Source: Polyangiales bacterium (GTDB lineage: Bacteria; Myxococcota_A; Polyangia; Polyangiales; Houyiibacteriaceae). From it: a stretch of DNA of 64,000 nt. The notes beneath the pieces were generated by a model, which had not been told where the DNA came from, searched no databases, and saw nothing but the letters and a program-made list of their open reading frames with translations. Location of the stretch: contig JBGCFM010000097.1 in the NCBI GenBank assembly GCA_045106895.1, positions 12,605 to 76,604 on the forward strand, given 5' to 3'. Both the position numbers and the translations under genes were made by a program. Within the stretch, counting starts at the first letter, position 1. Each line of letters starts with the position of its first letter. This document shows positions 29,028-39,145 of the stretch, in pieces.

Positions 29028-30482
29028 ATGAATCGCTGGATCGCGCCTTGTGCCCTTACGCTTCTCATCGCTTGCGAGGGTTCGTGCGGCGGCGCACCTG
29101 AAGCCTCGTCGTCTACGGGGCCCGAGAGCGCGCAGATTCCTTCCGAAGCGCGAAACGAGTCCACCCAAGCACCCGCCGAAGCCCCGAACGAGACGGCTGA
29201 AACGGGCGAGGCGACTGAGGCCGAGGCGACCGAAGCCGACGAGCGTCAGTCGGGCTACGATGCGGACGCACATCAGCGCTACCTGGAGCTGCTCGCAGAA
29301 GGTCGGCGTGCGACACGTGCACGTCGATACCCCGACGGGATCCGCGCCTTAGAGGGTGCACTCGAGGTCGACCCCGGCGATGGCCCCGCACTTGGCGAAC
29401 TCGGCTGGGCGCTCTTCCACGCGGGTCGTCTCGACGAGGCTTCCGCGCGTACGCAGGAAGCGCTGGCGTCGACGTACGACTCGCGGCGACGCGCAATGTT
29501 GCTTTACAATATGGGTCGCATCGCGGAGGCGTCGAACGGCCCCGAGGAGGCCGCAGCAAACCTCTACCAAGCGTCGTTGATGCTGCGCCCGTCGACCGCC
29601 GTGGCCGACCGTCTGCGCGCCAATGGTGGCGACGCGGACTTCACCGACGAGACCCGTTCGTTGGCCCAGAGACTCTCCACTTCCGTCGGCTCGCTCATGG
29701 ATCAAGAGTCGCCCTGCCCTGAGCCGGCCGCGGGCGATGAAGAAGATGAGGGCGACGACGACGGCGACGACTATGACTACGAAGAAGACATGGAATGTGA
29801 CGTCGTTCTCGTCGAAGGAAGCTCGCCGGAGCTGCAGTGGATGTTAGTGACGACCACGACGGACGCCGGTTCCACAGAGACGGTCTACTCACTGTGGGCG
29901 CGCACGCGCACCGGTCTCTACGAAATCGGCGCCCTCACGCGCGACTGGCGCGGCATGTGGGGCGGCGAGATGGTGAGCGGCAGCGTCGAGCTTACCTTGG
30001 CGCAGCTCGTCGCCGGCGGCCCGATGGAGCTGGTGGCAACCGCCGAAGAAGGCGGAGAAGACCCCGACTGGTGCGAAGGATGGGCCGGCGACACCCGCAT
30101 CACGACACTCTGCGGGCTCGGCGCCGGCGACGTTCCTGTGTGCTGGGCCCACCTGACCACCTACCAGCTCTCGTACACCACGCTCGGGCGCGTCGGCGAC
30201 CTATTGGAGAATGGCGGGGGCGACGAAGATGACGAAGACATCGCACGCTGCGACGTGACTCCTGCCCGCATCGCCGCGGCGGAAGAAGCCGTGAACGCGG
30301 CGAACGAGGTCGCCGACCACAGGTCGTTCGGGGTCGATGTGGCAGACGACGGCTCGCTCGTGTGGGACGAGAACACACCGCCTTCGTTGGCACGCATACA
30401 GCGCGCGGCGGAACTTTCATGCTTGCTGCCCAACCCCCACGCGGCCTTCGGCTGCGCGCCAGATTCAGACGCTCCCGAATAG
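29028..30482 (+). CDS. TPR-containing acidic lipoprotein
   Basis: LIAC lipobox; ALEVDPGDGPALGELGWALFHAG, LLYNMGRIAE. Confidence 0.75.
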   Translation: MNRWIAPCALTLLIACEGSCGGAPEASSSTGPESAQIPSEARNESTQAPAEAPNETAETGEATEAEATEADERQSGYDADAHQRYLELLAEGRRATRARRYPDGIRALEGALEVDPGDGPALGELGWALFHAGRLDEASARTQEALASTYDSRRRAMLLYNMGRIAEASNGPEEAAANLYQASLMLRPSTAVADRLRANGGDADFTDETRSLAQRLSTSVGSLMDQESPCPEPAAGDEEDEGDDDGDDYDYEEDMECDVVLVEGSSPELQWMLVTTTTDAGSTETVYSLWARTRTGLYEIGALTRDWRGMWGGEMVSGSVELTLAQLVAGGPMELVATAEEGGEDPDWCEGWAGDTRITTLCGLGAGDVPVCWAHLTTYQLSYTTLGRVGDLLENGGGDEDDEDIARCDVTPARIAAAEEAVNAANEVADHRSFGVDVADDGSLVWDENTPPSLARIQRAAELSCLLPNPHAAFGCAPDSDAPE

Positions 30483-30511
30483 AACCCGGAAGACTTCCTG
30501 ACGCGGTGAGA

Positions 30512-32201
30512 CTACGCCAGCGCTTCTTGCCAGGCCTCTTGGACCAAGGTCTTGAACGCCGCAGGCTTGTGAGAGGGCGCCGTCTTTCCCTTCGTCTGTT
30601 TCACTTTCAGCGTCTTTTCGTCGAGCGTCGCATCCGGGTGCAGTGTCGCAATTCGTTTCATCGCGCCCCACAATGAGAGCGCGTCCAAGTCTTCTTCCGC
30701 AAGGAAAGCTTGTCGCTTGGAGCTGTTTGTGCCGTGATCGAACTGATAGAGGAGGCACTTCAGTTTCTTTCGGCCCGACTTCAACGTCACCTCGATGGTC
30801 ACGTTCTTGAACGTCGGCGCTGCGCTCGAGAGCGCCGTCAGAGCAGGACCCATCGGCGTTGGCGTCCAGTCTAGGTTCTTGGCTTTGGCGGTGTTCGACT
30901 TGTCGAACTCAACCTCGTCGAAGTGAGCGCCGTCGAAGCGCGCGCCGTCGAACTTGCAGCGCACAAAACGGACGCTCAAGAGCCACGCGCCGCGAAAGTC
31001 TGCTTTTCCGAAGTCGCAGTCTTCGAAGACCACCACCTCTCCTGCGAAGCTCGCTTCTTGAAAGCTCGCGCTCTGAAAGTTGCACTTCGAGAACGTGGAG
31101 TTGTGGAGCTTTGCGCTCTTGAGGGACGCCTTGCCAAACGAACAGGAACTCACCTTCACGCGCGTGATGTTCGCGCGATCTAAGGTGGCTTTGTCGAAGC
31201 GACACTGACGCATCTCTTCATACCAGTGCGTTTTCGAGAGGTCCGCCGAATCGAAAACGCAGTCGCTCATTTCGTGGAGGGACGCGCTGGTGAGCGCCGC
31301 CTTTCGGAAGTCACATTTCTTCAGCGCGTAAAACTCAGCGTCGGGTGCTTCAACGTCGCGAAGGTCACAACCCACCCAGCCGCTCGCACATGTCTTCTTC
31401 ATCGTAGCTTTTCGAAGGTCGGCTCCTTCGAGGCGCACGCCGTAGAGCTCAGCGCCGGATACATCGACGGCTCCGAGTTTTGCCTCCTTCACGCGGACCT
31501 CTGAGAACGCATCGGTCCCGCGTGAGTATTCTTCGCGGGCCTGCTCCAAGAGCGCTGCGAGGCGCTTCGTGTCCTTGTGCGATGCGAGCATCTCGGTCGC
31601 CTGAGCGGGTGTCGGCACGAGGCAGGTTTGGCGAAACACGCTCTCACTCACGATGCTCAGGTCCTGGCCGGCGTCCTTGAGCTTGTGTGCGCGCTCGTGG
31701 TTCGCCGATCCGGACACGGCAAAAACGAAGAGCGTGGTTTTGTCGCCGAGCTTGTCATCAAACTTCGCCCCCTCTTTCGCAAGGAGCTTCATGAGCTCGT
31801 CTTTTCGCAAATGCTCAAAGCGACCGCTAAATGCGATTCGTTGACCTTTGAATCGCCGCGCCGTTCCGGGCTGCTCAGAGGGCGCCGACGCCTTTGATGC
31901 CTTCCTCGCGGCAGGCTTCTTTGCAGTGGGCTTCTTTGCAGTGGGCTTCTTCGCAGTAGGCTTCTTCGCAGCAGGCTTCTTCGCAGAGCCCTTGCCCGCC
32001 GCCGCGTATCCCTTCTTCACTTTTTGCGCGGCAAGCTTCTCCGCTGCGGCTTTCGCCTCCGTCGCCGAGTCAAAGCTCTTTGTTTTCGTTTGACCCTTTG
32101 CTTCCCGTGCGACCGAAAACAACGGTCATCTCCGAACCTGTCACTTTCACGTTCCAGAACTTGCTCGAAGTGTCGCTCTCGAAGACGAGGTTCTTTTTCA
32201 T
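30512..32201 (-). pseudogene. WGR-BRCT-pentapeptide repeat protein, frameshifted at ~32095
   Basis: SSKFWNV...VVFGRTGSKG / QTKTKSF...KVKKGY (WGR split by a 1-nt shift); FKGQRIAFSGRF...GAKF (BRCT); A(D/S)F/L pentapeptides. Confidence 0.8.
31914..31986 (-). repeat. 15-bp coding tandem repeat (AKKPT/A x5)
   Basis: ggcttctttgcagtg-like units. Confidence 0.85.
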
Positions 32202-32268
32202 GGCGCACCCTTCCGCACACAAGCGCTCGCTGTCAACACTGGCGTCAGCCCCACAGAGATAGCGTGGG

Positions 32269-32541
32269 CTAGAGACGTCGATACAAAACCGCCGCCACGA
32301 GCCCCACTTGAAGAGCGAGCAACACCGGCACACCAAAGCGGAACTTCGGCTTACGTGTCTTGTGGCGGACCAGCTGCATCGCGATCAACGCGCCGGCGGC
32401 GCCAAAGAATGTCGCGAGTAGGAGCAAGGTCTTCTCGGGGATGCGCGACGAGCCGCGCTTCGCTCGCCACTTGTCGTAGGCGAAACATAACGCCACGAGA
32501 ACGTTGAAGGCGAGGCATGCCAAAGCGAGGTTTTGGATCAC
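32269..32541 (-). CDS. DUF1294 family membrane protein
   Basis: FAYDKWRAKRGSSRIPEKTL...GAAGA...RHKTRKPKF. Confidence 0.92.
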   Translation of the reverse strand: MIQNLALACLAFNVLVALCFAYDKWRAKRGSSRIPEKTLLLLATFFGAAGALIAMQLVRHKTRKPKFRFGVPVLLALQVGLVAAVLYRRL

Positions 32542-32607
32542 GCTGGCTTACTAGCACGCCCTCGCTCCTCCTGTGCTTTCGCATCGCTTCTCGCATACAC
32601 TCCTGGC

Positions 32608-34167
32608 GTGTCGACCTACCCGAAGCTCTTCATGGCTCTCGCCTTCGTCACCTTCGTCGTCGGCTGTGGAGACGATCACGAGATCGCCGTGGACGTGCTC
32701 ACCGAGTTCGTTCCCGGCGCGGAGTTCGATTCCATTCTCCTCACGCTGCCCGGCGAGGCCCCGATGCGCTTCCCCGCGTCCGAAGGCGTCGACTACGCGA
32801 TGGGCGCACGCCTCGCGGACCTTGTGCGCTCCGAGGGCGACTTCCTCATGACCGGTGCGTTGACGCTCGATGGCCGCGTCGTCGTTGAGAAGAGACATCA
32901 GGTGACGCTCCAAACCGACATCGGCGTCACGTTCCTTTTCCAGCGGTCCTGTCAGCGCGTGACGTGCGGCGAAGATGAAGTTTGCCTGTCCGGCGCCTGC
33001 ACGGACAACCGGTGCACGCCGGAGACCCCGATGTTCTGTCCACCGCCGGAATGCACGAGCGCCACGACCTGCCCAGAGTCGCTTTGCGGAGGGCGCGCGT
33101 GCGTGAGCGGCGCGTGTCTTCGGAGCGACGACGGAAGCTGCGGCGAAGGCCTCTACTGCAGCCCCGACATCGGCTGCCTCCCGCGGCCCGGCGAGAATCG
33201 GATGGACGCCGGCACGGACGCGCAGGTGCCCGATACCGGAAACGACGCTGGACCTGACGCCGGCTGCGAACCCGAGACCGGCGCTGAACTCTGCGCGTCG
33301 CGCGGCCGCGTGTGCGGACGCGCGACGGCCACAGACCGCTGCGGAGATGTGCGCGACCTCGACTGCGGCGAGTGCGACGCGGGCAACCGCTGCGCCGGCG
33401 CCACCTGTGAGCCGTGCCTCGCCGCGCCTTGCCGCTCTGGTCACTACACGGATTTCGAGGGCGCTGTGCCCGGCTCGAGCGTCACCGGCTTCGAAGGTTG
33501 GAGGGCGAGCGAGTGCGCGCCCTACGACCAGGAGCTCGTCGACGACGGAACCGGAAACATCGCGCTTCGATTCTCCAACGCCGTAGCGACGAGCTGCATC
33601 AACTCCATCGTGTCGGATTGTCCGGCGGGCAACGAAGGCATTACGCCGAGCACCTGGGAGACCAACCCGGACCTCTTCGCAGGCGAACCATCGCTCTCCG
33701 TCACCTACAATCGCTTTGTGCACGAGATGCGTTTCCGCTCCGCCACCGGCGCGGCCCAGATGAACCTGTGGATGGAGCTGAGCGCCGACGACGGCCACGG
33801 GCGAAGGCAGAGCCGAATGGTCATCAACGACGTCGGCACAGGACTTCGGATCATCGACCTCGCGGGGCGAATTCACTTCGACGGGCTCTCCTACGACGAA
33901 TGGCACACCATCCGCATCGAGATCGCATTCGCCGACGGACCGATGAACGATACCGTCGCGATCACCGTCGATGGAGTCCCCTCAGCGCTCCGCCCGTTCA
34001 TCGGGACACTTGAGACCTACTACCGAACCGAAGAGCCGGACGCGGGCATTACCGCCGTCCAGTGCACGCTCCTGCATCCAGGCATCGCCGTCAACCAAGC
34101 CCCGGCCCTCGCAGGAGGCGGCCTCTTCATTGATGACGTAGCCACCTGGCTCGAGCGCGGTCCATAA
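32608..34167 (+). CDS. Cys-rich lipoprotein with C-terminal ConA/LamG-like beta-sandwich
   Basis: VVGC lipobox, Cys repeats, WHTIRIEI...ITVDG...LFIDDV. Confidence 0.7.
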   Translation: MSTYPKLFMALAFVTFVVGCGDDHEIAVDVLTEFVPGAEFDSILLTLPGEAPMRFPASEGVDYAMGARLADLVRSEGDFLMTGALTLDGRVVVEKRHQVTLQTDIGVTFLFQRSCQRVTCGEDEVCLSGACTDNRCTPETPMFCPPPECTSATTCPESLCGGRACVSGACLRSDDGSCGEGLYCSPDIGCLPRPGENRMDAGTDAQVPDTGNDAGPDAGCEPETGAELCASRGRVCGRATATDRCGDVRDLDCGECDAGNRCAGATCEPCLAAPCRSGHYTDFEGAVPGSSVTGFEGWRASECAPYDQELVDDGTGNIALRFSNAVATSCINSIVSDCPAGNEGITPSTWETNPDLFAGEPSLSVTYNRFVHEMRFRSATGAAQMNLWMELSADDGHGRRQSRMVINDVGTGLRIIDLAGRIHFDGLSYDEWHTIRIEIAFADGPMNDTVAITVDGVPSALRPFIGTLETYYRTEEPDAGITAVQCTLLHPGIAVNQAPALAGGGLFIDDVATWLERGP

Positions 34168-34171
34168 GCCC

Positions 34172-34750
34172 TTGGGCACGCGAGTCGAGTTTCGACCTTG
34201 TCCACCGAACGGGCCCATCGAAGAGCTCGTGGAGCGCGCCGCCGCGTTCGTCACTTGGTACGAGGAGGAAGTCGCGGAGGAGGGGTGCCCCGAGGTGCTT
34301 CGCCTCGCAAGAAAGGTGCGTGAGCATGGAGCCTCGGCTTTCGAGAACGCAGCGCATTCTCATAGCTCCGACCGACTCGTGTCCGACTTCTACGGCTTCT
34401 TCCTCGAGGAGGACGCGGCGGCGCTCCCTGAAGTTCCGGTCCTCAACGTTCAAGGATACGTGGACCTCTTCGATGCGCTCACCCCCCACATTGCGAGCGG
34501 GATTGCGGAGCTACTGAACTTTGCCATCGCGGGGCGGCCAGTGGGCCCGAGCCGAGTGGAGCCGTATCACTCTGACGATGGTGTGAGCCGGGTGTCATGG
34601 TGGACCTTCGACGAGGTTCGGCGACTGCGCGTGGAACTCCCGAAGCGCGACTTCCGCACGGGGCCGGCGATGGAACTCATGAGCGTTCTTCACGACGCCC
34701 TCGACTCAGGGTATGCCGCCGGCGGCGGATTGGTGATCACTGTCTTCTAA
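34172..34750 (+). CDS. Hypothetical protein
   Basis: 192-aa ORF ending LHDALDSGYAAGGGLVITVF. Confidence 0.6.
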   Translation: MGTRVEFRPCPPNGPIEELVERAAAFVTWYEEEVAEEGCPEVLRLARKVREHGASAFENAAHSHSSDRLVSDFYGFFLEEDAAALPEVPVLNVQGYVDLFDALTPHIASGIAELLNFAIAGRPVGPSRVEPYHSDDGVSRVSWWTFDEVRRLRVELPKRDFRTGPAMELMSVLHDALDSGYAAGGGLVITVF

Positions 34751-34755
34751 GCACG

Positions 34756-35361
34756 CTAATCCAGCCGAGTCGGGTAGCGCCTGCCGGCGTGCACAAGCGG
34801 GCTTCGTTTGTACACGCGACTCCTGCCACTCCCGGAAGACACGGTGTTGCATGCGTGTCCATCGATGCCGCCGACTCGTGTGATCACATGGCCGCCCTCG
34901 AAACTCATGGACATCCCGTGTTCCTGCTCCCACGCGCATCCGAAGGAAACGAGCATCCAAGCGGTGCCCTCTCGTTCACTCACACGGAGGCTGTGCACCC
35001 AGACGTTCCGCCAGACGTCTCGTGGCTTCTTGATCGGCGCCACGAACGCCGCGGCCTCCTCCGCCGCTTCTTCCGGGCTGATGCCTTCGTGCATCTCCCG
35101 GAAGTACGCGAACACATGCCGCGAGTGACTCAAGCGTTCGTCACGTCCGAGGGACGCGAACCCCATAAGCGTCTCGAGGAGCAGCGTTTTGGGCATCTCG
35201 TCAAACTCCACCCGAAACGTCGAGCCGGGCTGTGACTTTCGAAAATGAGACGAGCGCGTTAGTCGTGAGAGATAGGGAAATCGCAGGCCCCGAACCACGC
35301 CGTAGTCCAATTCGTCCTGACCGTATTTTCGAAGAGCGTCGAGCGTGAGTTCAAGAGGCAT
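34756..35361 (-). CDS. DUF6985/DUF2004-like protein
   Basis: SFGCAWEQEHGMSMSFEGG..TRVG motif. Confidence 0.65.
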   Translation of the reverse strand: MPLELTLDALRKYGQDELDYGVVRGLRFPYLSRLTRSSHFRKSQPGSTFRVEFDEMPKTLLLETLMGFASLGRDERLSHSRHVFAYFREMHEGISPEEAAEEAAAFVAPIKKPRDVWRNVWVHSLRVSEREGTAWMLVSFGCAWEQEHGMSMSFEGGHVITRVGGIDGHACNTVSSGSGRSRVYKRSPLVHAGRRYPTRLD

Positions 35362-35364
35362 CGA

Positions 35365-36633
35365 CTACCTCTTCTTTCGGCGCGACGATCCCGCGCGACG
35401 CTGCTTGAACGCGCCAAAACCCATGTGGTAGAGGCTGCTGGCAATCGAGCGCCACGGACTCAAGTCTGGCTTGGGCAGCTTTCCATCACCCATGCGAGCG
35501 AGCTGATTCTCGTACCAGGTGATGTCCAACATCGCGAGGCGGTCGACGGCCTTGGACCCGGTGGACATGCGCTTCACGATGCTCTTGAACGGCCGCCCGG
35601 CGAGGATCTGGGCCGGAAAGCCTGGTTCGAGGGCAAAGGCGCGCGCGAGCCCTACGAAGTCCACGGCGCCGCTACGGATCGCGTCCGCCATCCCGGTGTC
35701 AGAACGAAAACCGCCGGTGACCGCGAGGGGCACATCCACGCTCTCTCGGATCGATTCCGCGTAGGCCAAGAAGAAGCCCTCGCGGGTGTCTTCCTTTGCG
35801 CGAGCAGCGCGTCCGTCGACCATCGCAGGGGACTCGTAGGTCCCTCCGGAAAGCTCGACGAGGTCGATGCCTTCGGCGGCGAGGGCCAAGACGACGGCAG
35901 CAGACTCCTCCTGGGTGAAACCTCCTTTCCGGAAGTCGGCGGAGTTTAGCTTGATGGACACAGGGAAGTCCGGCCCGACGGCGGCGCGCATCGCTCGGTA
36001 GACTTCGAGCATGAAGCGCATGCGCTTCTCCGCGCTGCCGCCCCAATCATCTTCGCGTCGGTTGTGATGCGGCGAGAGGAATTGGCTGACGAGGTAGCCG
36101 TGGGCGCCGTGAATTTGAACGCCGGTAAAACCCGCTTTCTTCGCCAAACGCGCCGTCGTCGCGAAGCGCTGAATGATGTCCAGGATCTCCGCCTCTCTCA
36201 GCGCCCTCGGCGGATTAAAAGCGCGCTCCAGACCTGCACCGAGGGGGATGGCCGAGGGCGCCACGGGCTCCGCGCTCAAGAAGCGCGGTGACTGCTTGCC
36301 CGGATGGTTGATCTGCATCCAGAGGTGTCCTCCCTCGCGCCGACCAGCCTTCGCCCACGCCTCAAAGAGCGCCATGTGACGCTCATCTTCGAGCACGACG
36401 TTGCCAGGCTCGCCGAGCGCAGCGCGGTCCACCATGACGTTGCCCGTCACGAGAAGGCCTGCGCCACCTTCGGCCCAGGTCTTGTAGAGGCGGGCCAAAC
36501 GCGGCGTCGGCGCGTGGTCCGCTGTGCCCAGAATCTCGCTCATCGCCGACTTGAGAATGCGGTTGTCGAGACGCGCGCCACACGGCAGCGCAATAGACTG
36601 GCCGAGGACGTCGGCGGGCTGATGCTCAGGCAT
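35365..36633 (-). CDS. NADH:flavin oxidoreductase (Old Yellow Enzyme family)
   Basis: NRILKSAMSE, QINHPG, QIHGAHGYLVSQFLSP..NRRED.WGGS, VTGGFRS. Confidence 0.94.
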   Translation of the reverse strand: MPEHQPADVLGQSIALPCGARLDNRILKSAMSEILGTADHAPTPRLARLYKTWAEGGAGLLVTGNVMVDRAALGEPGNVVLEDERHMALFEAWAKAGRREGGHLWMQINHPGKQSPRFLSAEPVAPSAIPLGAGLERAFNPPRALREAEILDIIQRFATTARLAKKAGFTGVQIHGAHGYLVSQFLSPHHNRREDDWGGSAEKRMRFMLEVYRAMRAAVGPDFPVSIKLNSADFRKGGFTQEESAAVVLALAAEGIDLVELSGGTYESPAMVDGRAARAKEDTREGFFLAYAESIRESVDVPLAVTGGFRSDTGMADAIRSGAVDFVGLARAFALEPGFPAQILAGRPFKSIVKRMSTGSKAVDRLAMLDITWYENQLARMGDGKLPKPDLSPWRSIASSLYHMGFGAFKQRRAGSSRRKKR

Positions 36634-36752
36634 CTTCAACCTATAGGTCTTTCGAGACGATCGAGAAACCGAGAAACCGGCGACCTGAAAGAGGTGCACC
36701 CAGCCACGCCGCCTGTTGCCTTCTACATGATTTGCCTCAACGAGACCGCGAC

Positions 36753-39062
36753 CTAGGGCTCTTCCGCTTCCATCGACACCGCCGCGACGGCCTCGGTCAG
36801 TCGTACATTGGCTTCGGCGCGCTCAGCGGCGAGGGCCGCCTCCCGAACGGTGAGGGCTTCACTGGCAGCCGTGGCTTCGCGCAGCCGCTGTTGAAGATCA
36901 CGTCGAAGTTGAGCAGCACCGGTGGAGCGCTCGATGGCGCCGAGGCTCCCTTGAAGCTCCGAGAGGCGGCGTCCTTGGATCGACTGTTGCGCACGAATGT
37001 CCCGGAGCTCGTCATCCATACGAGCGACGTCTTGGCGCAACGTCAGAAGCTCCGCGAGCTGAGCTTGCAACTCCGCGGGGAGATGCTCTCCGCTGAAGTA
37101 GACCTCCAAGGCATCCACGGACCCGTGCAAGAGCGCGTGTCGACCGGGGCGCGCGCGCCGCTCGACCAGCGTCAGCTCCGCGTTGCCGCCGGCGGTGATG
37201 TCGATGGGAACGACGACGGCGCCTCCTGACTCTTCAGTTCCCGTCGGCGCGTCGATAAGCTCATAGCCCGGCGTCCGTGCGTGGTGAATTACCAGTCGAC
37301 TCGGTGTTCGCTCTCCTGCCCGGATGTCGTAGCGCGTCGTTCGTATGTCCCACTCCGACACCGTCATTACCCCGCGCACGATGGAAGTGATCCGATGTGG
37401 CTCTCGATGACTCTCCGGGACCGCCGATACGCGCGTCGATGCATCGATGGCGAAGGGGATAAACGTGCTCTCGCCAGCGTTGAGCGTCGAGATGACGCCT
37501 TCGCCGACGAAGGTTCCGCGAGCGAAGAGCGCGACGGGCCCGCGAACCAACTGAAGACCGCTCTGGTTTTGGAGCCGCGCAGCGCGAAAGGGCGCGGTCC
37601 GGCTCGCCGGAGCGTTCGGATCGGGCCGAAAGAGGAGAATCTCCTGGCCCGGTACGCGCTCGTTGACGATGGCGACAAGCGTGGAGCTCTCCGCCGGGAC
37701 CGTCACCGGTGCGTGAAGCGCGTAACGCGTCTCGTCCGATTGACCGGAGCTCAACGCCCCGGCGCTGGGGCGGCGGGAGAGGGACGCCACGCTGATGCCT
37801 GGCGCTGAGCGAACTGCAGGGGCAGCGCTAGGCCGAGCGGGGCGACTTGGCGCCCGCGCAGCGCCAGCCCGAGTCGCGTCGGCGCTGGACTCGTCGTTTC
37901 GCGTGACGTTGAAAGAGACGCGCCGGTTGCGTTCCGCGTCGCCCATTGGCTGTGAGCTGCCGTGGCTCGTGACGCTCAACCGAGCGCCGGTCACGCCGCG
38001 AGACACGAGCGCATCACGAACCACCTCGGCGCGGCGGCGGGCGAGAGAGCCGGCGCCGCGTTCACCGGTGTGGGCATGTCCCTCGATGGCAACGTGGATG
38101 CCGGAGTTTCCAACCAGCGTGGCAGCGACGGCGTCCACGATGGGCAGCGAACGGGACTGAATCCGTGACGAGCCGTTCGTGAAGTAGATCTTGTCGAGAA
38201 TGACGATGCGGCTCTCCGACACCACGACGCGACCCCGGTCGGGGCAACCGTCTTCGTCCTCGATACCGTTGTAGGTCTCCGGGTCGCCTGGGCACATATC
38301 GTCGACATCCAAGATGCGGTCGCCGTCGTTGTCCGGGTCCGGGCAGCCGTCCTCGTCTTGGAAGCCGTCGACGTCCTCCGGCTCCAAGGGGCAGCGATCT
38401 TGTTCCGCCGCGACGTTGTCACCGTCGTCGCGGCTCTGCGTCGACCCAACGGTCCCGCGTAGCACCGGCGTCACGAAGTTTCCGCTCGCATCGGGACGCG
38501 CCACGAAGCGGGGCGTTCGGAGGTCAACGGCGTAGGTAAAAGGGCTACCCGTCGCCAGCGTGAGGTTCACGTTCTCCCAGTCTTCGCCGGAGGCGTTGTG
38601 GACGACAGCCCACGCTTGAAGGAGGGCCTCTTCTCCTTGTTCCGGAAGCACGACCCGATACACCGCGGACCAACTCGGCGTCGGCACCGCGTAGCTCACG
38701 CGGACATCTTGCTGCGCGTCGCCCACGCTCACTTCGAGCTCTGTTGTACGCCTCGGCGGCGGAGGGAGCTCTTCACCGGATTCCGAATCCGTTGCACGGA
38801 TAGGCTCCGGCGGGTCGTTGGGGATCACCGCCGCGAGCGTGGCGGAGCCGTCCGCTCCGACAACGGTGAGTGTCTTGATGACGTCATCCACCTCGTGCTC
38901 CGCAAGTCGCAACGCGAAGCCTCCGGAGACACTGCCCTCACGTTCGAAGTAGCCGATGCCGTTCTGGTAGAGGACTACCTCCCGGAGTCGCAAGGACTGC
39001 GCGCCGCAGGCCGCTAGAAGCGGGATGATCAGGAAAAGAAGCGCGCCCTTAAGATGTTCCAC
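36753..39062 (-). CDS. DUF4139-type lipoprotein with inserted TSP3 repeats and OmpA-like domain
   Basis: VVLYQNGIGYFER, PSWSAVYR, WAVVHNASGEDWENV; DGFQDEDGCPDPDNDGDRILDVDDMCP; IYF...IEGHA...RRAEVV...NRRV; C-terminal coiled coil. Confidence 0.85.
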   Translation of the reverse strand: MEHLKGALLFLIIPLLAACGAQSLRLREVVLYQNGIGYFEREGSVSGGFALRLAEHEVDDVIKTLTVVGADGSATLAAVIPNDPPEPIRATDSESGEELPPPPRRTTELEVSVGDAQQDVRVSYAVPTPSWSAVYRVVLPEQGEEALLQAWAVVHNASGEDWENVNLTLATGSPFTYAVDLRTPRFVARPDASGNFVTPVLRGTVGSTQSRDDGDNVAAEQDRCPLEPEDVDGFQDEDGCPDPDNDGDRILDVDDMCPGDPETYNGIEDEDGCPDRGRVVVSESRIVILDKIYFTNGSSRIQSRSLPIVDAVAATLVGNSGIHVAIEGHAHTGERGAGSLARRRAEVVRDALVSRGVTGARLSVTSHGSSQPMGDAERNRRVSFNVTRNDESSADATRAGAARAPSRPARPSAAPAVRSAPGISVASLSRRPSAGALSSGQSDETRYALHAPVTVPAESSTLVAIVNERVPGQEILLFRPDPNAPASRTAPFRAARLQNQSGLQLVRGPVALFARGTFVGEGVISTLNAGESTFIPFAIDASTRVSAVPESHREPHRITSIVRGVMTVSEWDIRTTRYDIRAGERTPSRLVIHHARTPGYELIDAPTGTEESGGAVVVPIDITAGGNAELTLVERRARPGRHALLHGSVDALEVYFSGEHLPAELQAQLAELLTLRQDVARMDDELRDIRAQQSIQGRRLSELQGSLGAIERSTGAAQLRRDLQQRLREATAASEALTVREAALAAERAEANVRLTEAVAAVSMEAEEP

Positions 39063-39145
39063 GACACGCTCGTATCATGACGAGCGGCTTCCTTGGAACA
39101 CCCTCACCTGAGGACCGGCTAGCCGAGGCGGGTCGCAGACGACTT

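Noticed and set aside
32090..32102. Programmed frameshift at AAAGGGT
   Set aside because: Needs a +1 shift, the heptamer is not phased as X XXY YYZ, and the unshifted product would be a broken WGR domain.
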